Positions 23,154-40,197 of a stretch of 64,000 bases of DNA are shown piece after piece. The DNA comes from the human T2T-CHM13v2.0 reference genome, Homo sapiens. Where the stretch lies: NCBI GenBank assembly GCA_009914755.4, contig CP086569.2:8704001-8768000 (forward strand). The letters run 5' to 3'. The notes beneath the pieces are model-generated. The model was not told the DNA's origin, made no database searches, and saw only the letters and a list, made by a program, of their open reading frames with translations. How positions within the stretch are numbered: the first letter of the stretch is position 1; each line of letters begins with the position of its first letter. A program made the position numbers and the translations under genes.

Positions 23154-26100
23154 AGAAAAAAATTTTAAGTAGGTATATTGGAACTTAAATCATTATTTAA
23201 GTTCAAATATACGATGTATACCTTGTTAGCAACCATTTTTCTTTTGTTTAGACGTCACAGTTTAATTGAGAATGAATTTGTTATGGTACTGAAAATGCTG
23301 TTTTATAAAGATTAACATCTTACTTTAGCTGAGATATACTAACTCTATCAAACTTTGATATTATAGCATATTAATTAAAGAAATTTGGTCTCCTTTTTTC
23401 TCAATCTTCACAATTTTAAATAAAATCAGAACCTATTAAAGGTCAGTTAGTACTCAACCATGAGCCTGTATTGTTCAGATGTGACTTCCAGTGAAAGCCT
23501 CCGTAATATGAACAAATTTCTCAAGTATGTCCTGTTAAAAGGAGAACAGATGTTCATTGAACTTTTGCAAATAACTGTATTGTCATGAAAATGAGAACAT
23601 TTTATAAGAGTTTCAGAATTCTGGAGGAATGGGCAGAGAGATGAAAGAGAAATGTGCTGATGACAACCCTCAAACTCTGTAAAATATTTAAAGAGATTTA
23701 TTCTCAGTCAAATAAGAGTGACCAGTTACCCATGACAGAACCCTTCTCAGGAGATTATGAAAAACATGTACCCAAGCTGTTCTGGGAACAACCTAGTTTT
23801 ATACATTTTAGGGAGACATGAGACATCAATCAAATACATGTAAGATATACATTGGTTTGGTTCCCAAAAGTGGGACAACTTAAAATGGGTGGTGGTGCAT
23901 TCTGATTGGCAGTTGGTTTAAAGATTTAAGTTATCCAGAGACATGGAATCAATAGAAAGAAATATCTGGGTTACAATAAATAACAAAGGGTATAGAAACC
24001 AAAGTTTTATCATGAAGAGGAACCCAGAGAAAAGATTATAAATATTTCTTATCAGACGTAAGGTCTGTGTTGATGTTAATGATGGTTAACTTTTTCTGAA
24101 TTGCAAAAGATAGGAGTGTATAATGAAGTATGTCTGATCCTTCTCCCTTTTATGACCTGAACCAACTTTGGAATACCCTTAGCCAAAAAGAGGGGTCCAT
24201 TCAGATGGCTGGGGCAGATTGGGCTTAAAATTTCATTTTTGGTTTACAAATGTTCCACTTCTGTTTACAAAAGTATAATCTATTAAATTGTTATGAGTTA
24301 TAGTTAACTTAATAAAAAAATTCTTAAATCCAGAGATATAGAATATTAAAGAACCAGCAGACTTCCAAATCAAAAAAAGCTGTAAAATTTTACACATTCT
24401 TTATCTGTTCATTCAGTGCAATGTAATCAATTCCCATATTGTTTAATCTTGGGTTAGCAGTGCCATGAACCCATCAGTTTGTCAACTAGAGCTCTGGATA
24501 TTGTTCTTCAGTCCTGTGTTATAATCTTAAAGTTATTTAACAATTGACATCAGATTTTTATATCCAGAGGACCCATCATTGTTGTTTCCATTGGTCTTGA
24601 GGAAGTTCTTTGTTGAAGACAAACATTCTGACCTGTAGCCAACGCAGATGCAGAACCTCTTGGGAAAACATGAGATTGAAATACTACCTACCTGTACATT
24701 ACAAAAGGTGTACAATGGCCATGGTTAAAACTGTAATGGAAACTCATTATATCACAGTTAAACAGGAATTTGTCTGCTTCTGTGGCATACAAAATTTAAA
24801 ATAGTAACTAGAATTATGACTCATAATATTATACTAGGGCATATAATAGATAGGGAGGACATTTACAAATTTCCAGGAATTCCATACAGTTTCTGAAAAG
24901 ATAACATTTTACCAATACAAATACAACCAAGAAAGTTTAAGCATCTTTTCTTATTCGTGTATTTTGTGTACTGCTCATTTCATACTGTTTGTCAAATGCT
25001 AGCATTCCATAGTAGATTGAAAATTTATAAATACACCATCTCATAATTTCTAGAGGCATATGTGTCCTCTATACTAATAAGGCAATGACTCATTATTGTA
25101 GAAAATAATGTTTTTAAAAAGATCAAAATATCTTCAGTCTCTCTGTAAAAATAAGAAGCTACAAGTATATACAGTTCAATTTATGTTTAATAATTAAAGG
25201 TTTAGCATTTTATCTCATTTATAAACATTCTAGAAATTTAATAAACATCTTTCACTTACCGTAGCTTTAAGGTAGCAAATCACTAGAAAGATTTTATAAA
25301 TTATTATTAGATATGCTGTAAAACATAATTATTACTACAATAATGTTGGTCATAAAAATGACAACTTAATTAAAATCAAATATAACTTTTAAGATTTTAA
25401 ATATCTAGTGAATATAATACTGGTTTGTTTGACTGGTAACAAAACAGAATAAAAATGTATGTTTTATTATTTGATAGTGAAAATTCTGAAGACATACTTG
25501 TTTTAGTGAGTCAAAATTATTAAAATAGTGCTACTCACCTAAGTTTTATCAAAATAATCTGCACTTGGAAAACATTTGGATCAGTTTCTGTATTTTCTGA
25601 GTGTTTTGTTAATATTTTACTTATAATTTCTTACTTTTTTGAAGCCAATTTAGAATAGAGCACCTTTAAATGATTTTAGAAATTGTTTGCAATGCCATCC
25701 AGAGATTTGAAAATGTCACCTATAGAAAAGATATGCAAACACACATACAGATAGATCTAAACAGATATCTTATAGCTTTAGTTCTAAAATTTTAGCCACA
25801 AATCAGGCATAAAAATTGTGATTGTAAATTTTAGGTGTTCACTTGACAGGATTAAGGGATACACACATAGCTGGTAGAGTACCATTTCTGGGTATATTTG
25901 TGAGGGTGCTTCTGGAAGTCTTTAAGGAGAGCCTCTATTGATTTAGTCACCATTCTCTTATTGGTACTGAGAGGGAGACTCCATTAAAATGAAGATTTCC
26001 TTAGTAGATGTACATTTTCTTTACAAATGGGTAAGTTCTGCTTTGTTTTCAGTTCCCTTGTGTCTGCATTTTCTTAAAATAATAGGTTCAAAATGATTTT

Positions 26101-26796
26101 TATACCCAAGTGGCATATTTTGTGATGGCATGTTCTGGTCTCCTATAGTCATATATTGGGGAGGCATATTCTGGTTTTCAACACTGTCTTTCATAATTTC
26201 TGTACCATCATGCATTCCACCAGCAATGAATGCAATGCTGTTTTTTCCTCCAGCAATTCATTTGTCATGGTTTAAAAACAGTTTAGCAGTTCCAACAAAT
26301 ATAGATGGGCCACACCATCTCGTTGTAATTTTTAGTCCCTTAATGATATATGAAGTTGAACATGTTTCTGTATGCTTGCCATCTGTGTATATTCATCGAT
26401 GATGTACTGCTCAGCTCTTTACTAGTTTAATTGGTAGTCTATTTTATTGCTGAGTGTCAATATTTCTTTGTATATTTTGAGTGAAAGTTATTATTTAGAT
26501 CTGTATTTTGCAGATATTTCTTCTTGGCTGTGGCTTGTCTATTTCCTGAACTAGATTTTTCAGAGTATAAACTTTTGATATGAGAAAGTCTATAATGCTA
26601 ATTATTTTTTCTGTTATGAATCGGCTTTTATGTCACATGTTAAAACTCATGACCAAACCCAAGGTTACATCCCTTTCTTTCTCTGCTTTCTTTGAGAATT
26701 TGTATAATTTTACATTTTATTTCTCAGGACTATGTTGTGGAAAAATTAATGCTAAGTTGGAAAGTTTGCAACTGTGTTCATTTTATTTCCTATGGT

Positions 26797-26835
26797 TACA
26801 CACACACACAAAGACACACACACAAGCACATGAGA
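26797..26835 (+). repeat. Short imperfect (CA)n
   Basis: cacacacacaaagacacacacacaagcaca. Confidence 0.8.
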
Positions 26836-26879
26836 ATAGGCTCCATTTCCATTTGAATTTCCAAAATGATGGCACTGAA

Positions 26880-27105
26880 CAATCTGAACTCTGCCTTTAT
26901 TTGGTGCCACAGGTAAGCCAGGAGGGGGCGAATGGTTCCCGCACCATGACAACCACAGGGGGCAGGCGATGCCACCTTTTCTGACCATGGAAACTCCCAC
27001 GTGTTCAACACCGGCTGCCTTAGAGGACGAGACCTGCGTTCTACTCAGCACACACTAAGCACCATCACCTCACTGGGGGACAGATGGAAGCAGAGGTAAG
27101 TAAAA
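26880..27105 (+). other. Short CpG-retaining, GC-rich segment ending in a consensus 5' splice donor (cag|gtaagt); candidate exon of an unannotated transcript
   Basis: At least 7 CpGs (gcgaatgg, ccgcacc, ggcgatg, cacgtg, ccggctg, gacgagac, tgcgttc) in about 150 bp within an otherwise CpG-depleted region; cagaggtaagta at about 27094-27105; no long ORF. Confidence 0.25.
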
Positions 27106-27389
27106 ACCTTCCTCTGACTTATGAGCATCAGGGATCCAGTAGAAAGGCCTTGTGGGGAAAATGAGAAATAAAATATTCCATGGTTTTTAAGACAGTTTTC
27201 TTGTAGTAGAAGGCATACTATGAGAACAGCCTACAAAGCCCTAATTCTCTTTTTCTAACTTCTGCCTGGAAAAAAAAAATTGACGTCAGTTTTTACCTAA
27301 CATTCAAACCTTATAGCACCACCTAGTTGGATTTATTTCTCCATGTGTCCATTCTGTTAGCTCTTTGTATAAACCCTCTAGTCTCCTAA

Positions 27390-27885
<496 letters not shown>

Positions 27886-28289
27886 AAGATAGTTTTGCTA
27901 AAGTGAGTTACATTGGCGTTTTAACAACAAAAAGATGAATTACATGGATAGTAGTCAATTGGTCTCATTATTTGGAAATCCGTAGTTTTACTAGAGCCAT
28001 AGCTACAGAAGGTAGAAATGGGTGTTAGAAACACTCTTTCCATTAAGAGGTCTCACTGAAATCCAACTACTGCATAGTCTCTCCCACACCTTTAGAATAC
28101 CCTGGGAGACTTATGATCCCGGTGAGTCTAGAAAATGCAGAAGGGAAAAGAGCTCTAGCCTCAGAAAAGTGAGGATGATACTTCTGTAGACTAGCCCCTC
28201 CAGATACATGGGTGAAAATTATGCTTGCGTTTATAGGCTCCACCTGTAAGGGTGGCTGTGACGCAGAGGATGTAAAGAAAGTGGAGAAG

Positions 28290-29420
28290 TGAGATGCCCT
28301 TTCTATCACTCTCTCCTCCCTGGGTCACTTTGAAAGAAGGAAGAAGATGGAGGAATGCCTCTGGTTTTTCCTTTCCCAGATACATAATAAACCATCTTTA
28401 GATTGCACTTTTCTCAAGTGTATACTGAAGAACTGTGATTCTCTTAATCCTGAGACTCTGAAACAAAAGAGATTTATATTCTCATGCACAAGGGCATGAT
28501 TATGTTACTAGCTCCAGGATAAACAGGGCTTTACTCCTGAAAAAAAATGTAAATTTTAGTACTCTTGCAGTCTCACAAATTCACCATACACAATGTAGCA
28601 GATTCTTTTTATAAGGTATCACCCAGGGTTTTATTTTGTTTTCTCACAGCGAAAAAATTAAAAATCATGAAAACAAAGGCTATCATTTGAGTAAAAGTTT
28701 AATAAGCAAATGAAGGAAGCTCTCTGCAGTGGAGAGTGGGGCCCAAGTAGATTACCCACTATGAGGCAGGGTTGGAGGTTTGTATAAGCTCAGAAGAGAA
28801 GAAATGTGATGACTAGTTTGAAACAGCATGACTAAACTTTGCTCAGAGTTTGACCCAGAACCAGTCAGGAGCTGAAATGATTATTCATGGAGGCTATTCA
28901 GATTTTCCTGGCACCTTGGCCCAGGGCCAGTCAGGAGGTAAAGTTAAACCTTGTCCTGAGATCTTAGGCTGAGACCAATCAGAGGCTGAAGTAATGACTC
29001 GTAGAAACTCACCTCCCAGTGAAAAGCATGTTAAAAAATAGAAAGAAAAGTGCCCAGCATAACCCACTGAAGCCAACTGTGTACATGCCCACAGACAAAG
29101 AATAGACTCTTTCCTGGAAGCCTACTGTCTTTGCAAAGAACACAGGAATTTTTATGTTGAACCTTGCTCTCTCACCAGAGTACTTGCAGGCTTTTCTTAG
29201 AAACAATAAAGGTGTGTCTATGTTTGGCCTTTTTAAAAATATATATATACGAATGGGCCAATGTTTGATCCAGTTTTCTTATCGGTGCCTGCAGCTTGAT
29301 TTATCAGGCTTTTTCTCTGCTTGCAGATATTTTACCAATATTCCACCATAACTGCTTAACATTTCTCTGTTATTTTCTCTCTCAGGAATGGAGACACTAA
29401 CTGCTGTTAGGAAAGTGGAG
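28290..29420 (-). mobile_element. Copy A of a class I ERV composite unit: LTR-like terminal region, paralogous to 43930-44960 and 60075-60830
   Basis: 28290-28460 resembles 58180-58340 and 34560-34640 (all share ..cctgagactctgaa..). 29340-29420 resembles 44895-44960. About 70% identity by eye, so boundaries are approximate. Confidence 0.5.
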
Positions 29421-29423
29421 TGA

Positions 29424-29719
29424 TGGGCTGGGTGCAGTGCCTTATGCCTGTAATCCAATCACTTTGGGAGGCTGAGGAGGGTGGATCATGAGCTAAGGAG
29501 TTTGAGACCAGCATGGTCAACATGGTGAAACCCCTTCTCTACTAAAGGTACAAAAAATTAGCCAGGTGTGGTGCACACACCTATAATCTTAGCTACCCCG
29601 GAGGCAGGGGCAGGAGAATTGCTTGAACCCAGGAGGCAGAGGTTTCAGTGAGGTGAGATCATGTCATTGTACCTCCAGCATGGGTGACATGGCGAGACTT
29701 TATCTCAATTAAAAAAAAA
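29424..29719 (+). mobile_element. Alu inserted into copy A
   Basis: gggctgggtgcagtgccttatgcctgtaatccaatcactttgggaggctgagg...ggcgagactttatctcaattaaaaaaaaa. Confidence 0.9.
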
Positions 29720-29767
29720 TTGGAGTGACAATATTTCTGGTTACTTTTTTCTAAAGATAAGTATTAT

Positions 29768-32100
29768 TTAAGTTACAGAAGTTAGGGTCTCTTCTGGGGC
29801 TGGTATAAGTGTCCTCAGTAGATAAGTGAATCCACACATCACCATTTGGAGCTTGATAGCCTCTAGATGAGAAGAAATAATTCTGGTTATACCATTGAGT
29901 ATAGATGGTCCAAACATTAACACCACATATACAAGGAAAAGAGGTCTTAACAAAGGAGCTAGTTAGGTCTAAAGAGAAGACTTAAATCTATTAAGAAAAG
30001 ATTGTAGCCAACTGGAACAGAGTCCTCACTTTCTTTCAGTCCACTGACGATTTTAAGTAGGTCATTTAGCACTTGTATTTATTTCTTTATATTTTTACCT
30101 GACTAAAAGTGCTGATTCAGAAGCAGCATGTCTCATTGGATAGTGCATAGGCATTCTCTACTCAGGCCAAAAAGCCATCCAGAGTTTAATTATTCTGCAT
30201 TATCACTGAGGCTAGGAGATTTACCAATTGGCATTAGGCTTCTGTGGCTTCTACAGTTGCCTTCCACCCTTGTTGCATCATGATGAAAATACTAATGGCT
30301 AATTTTTCAAGAAAAGTATACAGAGAAATCAAAATAGGCCACCTGGTCTTGCATGTTTCAATTTTAATTTTTACAGTATAGGATTATAGTGTCATATTTT
30401 CCTCAATTCTCTCCCTCAAAACTCCATGTGATGGCATAGAGACAAGTGATTTATTTTTGTGTGTGCAAGAGAATCTACTCCGAAAAAGGGTCTCAACTGA
30501 AAATGTCACCAGATGATGGTGTCATTTTGGTGAAATATAAAAGTAACATACCAGGATCACTATTATTATAGTACCTGTTCCCATTTAGTGCCCAGGGAGG
30601 ATTAAATGTAGCCAGGGGCCACAGAGAAAGTAAAGCCCCACTTCCTAAACAGATGGTTCTAAGTTGTCATTTGTGAGGGTTCCTGCTAGATTTAGTTTAT
30701 ATCTTGTAAAGTTGCCCCTCCTATGTCTAAGAGGAGATGTAATATCCATACTCAGTACAGTTATTCAGCGTGTTGACTGGAATTCTGCCTGCTGGTTTGG
30801 AATAATCTTTTTGGCAGGTGGAGTTTCAGAAAATCAGAGACACAGCATGTTCTGCCCAGTATCTCTGGTAATCCTCATTACAGGGGCTATTAGTTCAGAT
30901 GTTTCCAGTTCTCCTGCATACATGTAGGATGCCACCATTATAATATATTATACAAGGGTTCAGGATTCCATCTGTGGGCACATTTGGTTGGAAACAAGTA
31001 TTATTTATTATCTGATAATAATGTTGGAAAGAGGCAACATTTCTGCCTATGGGTAATAATTTCTACTAGAAATACCAAAGGAAAAGTCTGGTTAGATTGT
31101 TAATGTTTTTTCATAGTCTTTCCCAAGGTTTGAGGTCACCTGTGCTTTTACTCTCCAGATCTCCACACTCTCAGCAATTACAAGATGGCATTGCCATATT
31201 TGAGATTCTCCAAGTGTGGTTCCTTTTGCCTCTAAAGCAGAGAAAGGTGTTTGCTATTATTCTATCAACTTCACCTAGCCTAAGAGTTTGAGTCTTACAT
31301 TCGAGAAATACGTCTTTCTGGATGGAGTTAAAAGTGATTCCATACAAGATTCCATTCATCCCTCTCAAGTGCTTAATTGTTAAAGGTGAAACTAACAGAT
31401 AGAATACTAATATATTGAGTTCATATAATTAAAGCGTCTGTTTTAAATCTGATAAAATTTTTCAAGGCAAACCTAGAAGTTTGTCTTCTTGTATAGATGG
31501 GCAATGGCTAATATTGTAGGGACCTTGGGGTGCGTGTCAGTGCTACATCTAACAGTAAATGTTAGTAAACTTGACAGTAACAAAATCTTCATGTTTATTT
31601 TTTATTTGTCACTACTATTTTTGCTATAATAATAATGATTAAGTAAAATATTATGGTAATTGAGACTCTCTGTTTGATACTTCACTCAGAAGGTGCTTCA
31701 GTTTATAACCCCACTGCAAGAGGTAAAGTAAGAAACGTAATTTCTATAAGTATTGTGTATTAGATAATTGTATCTGATTTTTTATTGTAATACTTCTAGA
31801 CTGTCAGGGACTGCTTTCACTGTTTTCCAGGCTTTCACTCGAGTGAAATAAATATGAGTCAATTTCCACCATCTTCACAGCTGAGGGAGTAAGGAGAAGA
31901 ATAGTATTAGGTCCCTCCCAACTGGGGTGTAGGGACAGGAGAGAAAGAGGAGGAGCCTACCCCAGTACCAACTCTTCTGGGTTGAATAGAGGGGGATTTG
32001 GATTTTTGGGGTTGTACTTCTGAAGATGTTTTCATTCCTCTTGAAAGTGGGGTCAGGGAGTTTATATGTTTAAAAAATTCAGAAGTCACTCATCTACTAA
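29768..32100 (-). pseudogene. Class I ERV env remnant, copy A
   Basis: Minus ORF 29768-29953 (LFLVYVVLMFGPSILNGITRIISSHLEAIKLQMV) matches the gammaretroviral TM membrane-anchor/cytoplasmic region (MLV [30 protein letters not shown]). It sits between the LTR-like region and the integrase. Confidence 0.6.
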
Positions 32101-32136
32101 AATATCAATGTTAAGAGAAGGCCATACATAATAAAT

Positions 32137-32481
32137 TTAAAGTAGTTCAAAGCCAGCTTTGTAGGGATGTACTTCACTGTCACTAAGGCCATGAAAAAGA
32201 GTAATTGAAAAGAGATGAGTTTCTTGAGGAAGCTTCCTGAGGAATCTCTTGATGATATAATTTATTTTCTTCCCCTTTTCTGAAGACTGTGGTCTCCAGG
32301 CACAATGAAGATTATATTCTATGCCCAGAGTTCTTGAAACTCGCTGGGTAATGGTGGCTTTAAATGAGGAGCCATTGTTGTTTTGGAGGCACTGAGGGAG
32401 GCCAGAGCAAAGAATTATTTTTTCAAATATTTCTTTTACTACCTCAGAGGATTTTTCTGTTCTACATAAAAATGCCTCCAT
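32137..32481 (-). pseudogene. Class I ERV integrase C-terminal region, copy A
   Basis: Minus ORF: ..NNNGSSFKATITQRVSRTLGIEYNLHCAWRPQSSEKGKKINYIIKRFLRKL.. compared with gammaretroviral IN ([44 protein letters not shown]). Confidence 0.75.
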
Positions 32482-32649
32482 ACAATTAGGGATACTGTCT
32501 ACCTATACCAGCAGATACTGGGTTTTCTGTATTTTGGGTGTATGGGTAAAGTCTATATGCCAACCTTCCCCTAGGATTCTTTCCATTTTTTTGAGCTTGA
32601 GGGAGGAGAAGCTATCTGTTGGGGGGATTATTTTTAAGTTATATTTCAC

Positions 32650-34450
32650 ATGCATTTACAAACTGTTTGACTATTTTCAGTAGATTTTTACTGGAGAACA
32701 TTCTCTGGATCAGTTGATAAGTTATGTTCTTTGTAAAGTGAAAAGTTTGCTGAAGGACATTAAGAACTTTCCACTGACTGGACGCTGACAAGTGGGGTTT
32801 TCTGCCTTTCATTTGTAACCATACAACAGTCTGAAAAATTGATTCTCCAGAAGTAGCCCATTCTATCTTTGCAGGGAGATACTGAGGCTTTATTTCTTCT
32901 ATAATACTTTCCCAAATAAGAAAGGCTTTAAATATTCTGGGAACTTGGGCTCTTTTTGCTACTGACTTGGCAACCTATTTTTTTGCTTTTGGCTATTTTA
33001 TTAATCATTTTCTGGTGTCCTCTGTAATATATTACTGCTACTTCCCAGAAAGAAAGGAGAAAAAAGAAAAACTGAGGACAATAATCTATTTCCTGGTGAT
33101 ATTTAATGTAAGACCCATTAGCAGTCAGGAAATGTCTTTTTTTTTTTTCTAAATAGTGGCATGGGCATAGAGAGCCAGAAGAAGCATACCTAGAATCAGT
33201 ATGTGTCCACTGCCTTTTTCTCTAAATGGTTAAAAGACAATTAACATAGCTAATAAGTCTTGTGCTTTGTCATAGAGGCATGCTGTCAAGTATATAAATC
33301 AGGGTGAATATTGCACACACTGCCTTAGAGGTATTTGTTTTACAAAATAACTTTTCCCTCTAATGAAAGTTCAGACTATTTTTCTAAAGAAATTAGTTTT
33401 AGGTTCTTTCTGGCTGCACAGATTTTCACTACTACCTGTTCACAGTCATGTTCAGGTTCTTCAGGTTACTTCTTAAAGGAAAGGGAATAGGTTATGGGTT
33501 TTTTAATGGAACTGCAGATTCCTTAGAAGCAAAGTTTGATCTTTGACAAGGTGATTATCTGTTATCCAGAGACTTCCTTTAGAGGACACCCTACATTACG
33601 TGGGGTGTAATCAGTTAGAATATTCCCCATGCTCAACTTACTGGCTTGCAGTACATGCAAGACCACCACTACAACTGCTTGGAGGCAACTTGTCTATGCT
33701 TTAGCCACCCAGTCAAGCTCTATGTTTATGTAACTTAGTGGTTGCTGGGCCAAATCTCAAGCTTGAGTTAAAACTCCTAAGCTATCCCTTTCTTTTATAA
33801 GACATAAAGATGCAATGACTTATTTGTGGGTACACTGAGGGCCAGTGCTTTTTGTCAGGTTTGTTTGATCTGGTTAAGGTATTTGAGTTTTAGTTTCCTA
33901 TGTCAGGAAGAAAGCCAAAGCTGCTTGAGATTCTTTTATAAGATAATATAAAGAAATAGCTGTTTCACCAAACCTTGGTATCCATCATCCTCAAAAACTT
34001 ATAATGTCCAGTGATCCTTTTAGATGTTTGAGTGTTTTGGGAATGGGAAAGAAGGAGATGGGATTAATTCTCTCCTTTACTAATGTTTTGGGTTTTCAAC
34101 AGCCTTATTAATGAGACAGAGGTTCTGATCTAGCCTCCATTCTTCATTGTGTTTCTGTACCTCTAATATTTGAGTGTTGTTAAGACGTTGCAGAGTTCAA
34201 GGAAGTATTTGGCCTTTAGGTTATCTCTGATGGCAGCCATTATCTACCTTTTGTCTATAAAAGATATTGCCTAATGCTAGGGTAAAAAATAAAATAAAAC
34301 TCTTAAGCTAATCTGGACAAGTATAGCAGTTGTAGCTCTGCAAATATTTCCTTGATGTGGCCAGACCTATGGATTAACATTGGTTTTAACTAAGGGGAGA
34401 CAAAGCTTTGTCCTGAAGCCATTAGAATGATGGTGTCCATATGAGCTAAA
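32650..34450 (-). pseudogene. Class I ERV pol (RT/RNase H/IN N-terminus) remnant, copy A, no long ORF left
   Basis: Paralogous by eye to 46650-47400 plus 53465-54450 in copy B, where minus ORF 53974-54438 is a clear RT. Confidence 0.6.
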
Positions 34451-34559
34451 ATTACCTAGTAGAAGAGTGAAACTTTCAAAAATATTTAAATTGGGATATT
34501 TAAATACCAGGTCTCCACAACTACAACTGAAGGGTTTAGAAAATATCCTCTCTATTTCT

Positions 34560-37478
<2,919 letters not shown>

Positions 37479-37490
37479 AAAGAACAAAAG

Positions 37491-37950
37491 AGGCATTAGT
37501 GGACACTTTATAGGACAGTTGATCTATAATCCCTAAATACACTTGCAAATTACTACCAGTGTGGCAAGCTGGAACACTTGACAAAGGCTTGTCCAGGCAT
37601 TTGGAAGAAGCTGTCTTAACCCTGTCCAGCTTTTGATGGAGACCACTGAAAGACTCCCTTTGTTTAGAGACATAGGTCACCATATCCAGGACCAGTCTTC
37701 AGATGATCAGGCAGAACTCATCTGTGCTGGTTCTCAATTTTTGAGCTTCTATGGCTCTAACTACCATTGTTATTTAGGAGTCCCAAGTAATTTGGGTGGC
37801 TAGAGGAAAAAAAAAAAGCAAACTTTCTTCTAAACGTTGCAATGAATCATTTTGTTCTCCTCTCCAATCCAGGCCTTACTTATTCATACAGTGAAGGAAT
37901 TTAGCTGATTTGCTCTAGATAAACAGCAAAGGAAAGTTTCCCATAAAATC
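37491..37950 (+). pseudogene. Class I ERV gag nucleocapsid (Zn knuckle) and downstream, copy A, continuation after the L1
   Basis: ..ANYYQCGKLEHLTKACPG.. (CX2CX4HX4C with the first Cys changed to Tyr); paralogous to 59750-60160. Confidence 0.65.
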
Positions 37951-37959
37951 CCAGCTAAT

Positions 37960-38700
37960 GGGTCAGTGCCTTATTTTCAAAAACACATAAAACCAGTTTT
38001 GAAAAATAAGCTGCAGGCACCAATAAAAATTAGTACATGGAGTTATTATTGCAGATAAGCCCATGGCTCCAAAGGTAAGAGAATCTTTCACCCACTTAAA
38101 TAAAAACTTGCAGAAACTCTGGCTCACACGTCTAAGGGAACTAGGCCTGACATAAAAATGACTTTGACTTTTGCATAATCAATGGGCTCCATAAAAAGAA
38201 TTTCTTCTGTTTGTGGACATTAACACAGTGGGATCCAGTGGTTTCCGGGCAGTCACTATTTTGTTGTTGTTGTTGTTGTTGTTGTTTGCTTGTTTGTTTG
38301 TTTGTTTCTTAATTCTGATTTGTCTTCTATTAAGTATTTCGTCCCTTGATTTGTGCTGCTTTAAAGTTGTGGGCCAAACTTTCATTTTAGCTGCGTATAG
38401 ATTTTATGACAAGCTGAACAGCCTCCAGTAATCATCACATCAGCTCTGATTGCTACTGGACCAACATTTTGGGGAAAGGTTTCTGATTGATCTCAAGCCA
38501 AATTCCCAAGCCAAGGTGAATCACACATTCTCCAAGACAGCCTGCAGAATAAGCACATTCCTTCCCCTTCTTAGTTTATAAAGACCCTGGAATAAGAGGT
38601 GAATAAGCCCCTCTCATAATCTGTGTTTATCTTAAAGCTATGCTTGTTTATTAAGCCCTGATAACTGCATTAGTAACCTTGTCCTTAAAAGGCCTCACCC
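37960..38700 (+). mobile_element. ERV-associated repeat unit X (probable LTR portion with internal short tandem repeats), copy 1 of 3
   Basis: Similar by eye to 42850-43480 and 55790-56340, e.g. ctaggcctgacataaaaatgactttgacttttgcataatcaatgggctcc versus ctaggcctggcataaaaatatccttgtcctttttataatcagtgggctct. Contains a (GTT)n/(GTTT)n run at 38255-38300. Confidence 0.5.
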
Positions 38701-38701
38701 C

Positions 38702-38985
38702 CAGTACTTTGGTATCCTAAGGCAAGTAGTTCACTTAAGGTCAGGAGTTCAAGACCAGGCTGGGCAACATGGTGAAACCCCATCTGTACTAAAAATACAA
38801 AAATTATCTGGGTGGGAGCCTGTAGTCTCAGCTACTTGGGAGGCAGAGGCAGGAAAATTAATTGAGCCCAGGAGGCAGAGGTTGCAATGAGCCAAGATTC
38901 TACCATTGTACTCCAGCCTCGGTGACAGAGCAAGACTCCATCTCAAAACACACACACACACACACAGACACACACACACCCCTCC
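38702..38985 (+). mobile_element. Alu (5' truncated by about 25 bp) with a (CA)n-expanded tail
   Basis: ..ggtcaggagttcaagaccaggctgggcaacatggtgaaaccccatctgtactaaaaatacaaaaattatctgggtgg...gactccatctcaaaacacacacacacacacagacacacacacacc. Confidence 0.9.
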
Positions 38986-39211
38986 ATAGGTGAATAATCT
39001 GATGAGAAAAATGGAAAACAAAAAATTGTATAACTAGTATATTTTCTGTTGGTTTGTTTGGTTATGTATACATTATTTTTATTAAAAGATCTCTAATTCA
39101 TTAGCTTAAGAAAAGATAGCCACTTGACCAAAATATTATAAAAAGGAAAAATAAAGGCTGTGGTAGCTTTCAGTTCGTGTGACTTTAACTTTTTAAAAAT
39201 AAAGCACCCTC

Positions 39212-39478
39212 TGCCAGGCATGGTGGCTCATACCTGTAATCACAGAACTTCAGGAGGCCAAGGCAGGTGGATCACGAGGTCAGGAGTTCAAGTCCAGACT
39301 GGCCAATGTGGTGAAATCCTGTGTCTCCTAAAAATACAAAAATTAGCCAGGCATGGTGGTTGGCACCTGTAATTCTAGCTACTTGGGAGGCTGAGGCAGT
39401 GCAATGAGCCAAGATCATGCCACTGCACTCCAGCCTGGCAACACAGCGAGGCTCTGTTTGAAAAAAAAAAAAGCAGCC
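39212..39478 (+). mobile_element. Alu with an internal deletion
   Basis: gccaggcatggtggctcatacctgtaatcacagaacttcaggaggccaaggcaggtggatcacgaggtcaggagttcaag...ccagcctggcaacacagcgaggctctgtttgaaaaaaaaaaa. Confidence 0.9.
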
Positions 39479-40197
39479 TCCAAGATTATTGATAAAATGC
39501 AAATGTCTTCCAGATGTTAATATGTGGTCTATATTATGCAGGTAAAAAATGTAAGTTTCCTAATTGTTTGAAGGATGTAAACTACTTCTTTGTCCTTTGA
39601 AAACCATAGACTTGCCTGCTTCACTATTGGTATAGCCTGGGGACATATAAAAGTAATCACACCTCTAAGTATGCTGAGAGAGTCAGCCTTTATCTGCACC
39701 TAGCACACAATTAAAACAACTTACCATGTTTTACATTCAAGTGAAAAATTACAAAATGTTACCATTATAACATGTGATTGAGACTATTAAAATTAAATTT
39801 TCATGTAAGGTGTATAAGAAAAGTAAACTATGTTTTTAGTAAAATTTATAAAATGGCATGTAAATGCTCATTTGTCTTAGAGATAAAGACTTCTCAAATC
39901 AAATCACATAAAGCTAAAGATTTAAGCAGATGGAAGAACAACTGTACATGTTAATCTTGCAAAAGAATATGCTGTCTGAACACATTAAATAAAAAGGGAT
40001 ATATTATATGGTTACTCTATAAATGAAGCATTGAAATAAAAGTGCAGCACGGTTTTCTTGAGATGCTAATCTGCTCTTTAGCAAAATTTGTAAAGAGTTG
40101 TCAAAGGGTTTTTAAAAGTTTATGGAAACCTCACCTGTTGTTAAACTGATTAAGATAAAATTGTCTATAAAGTTTAATTTAAAAATAGCAGTAAATT

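Noticed and set aside
23600-24000. LTR/DNA-transposon-like segment (..ttattctcagtcaaataagagtgaccagttacccatgacagaaccc.., ..cattctgattggcagttggtttaaag..)
   Set aside because: It looked like a repeat terminus. I could not match it to a specific family from memory and found no partner terminal repeat in the window, so I left it unannotated.
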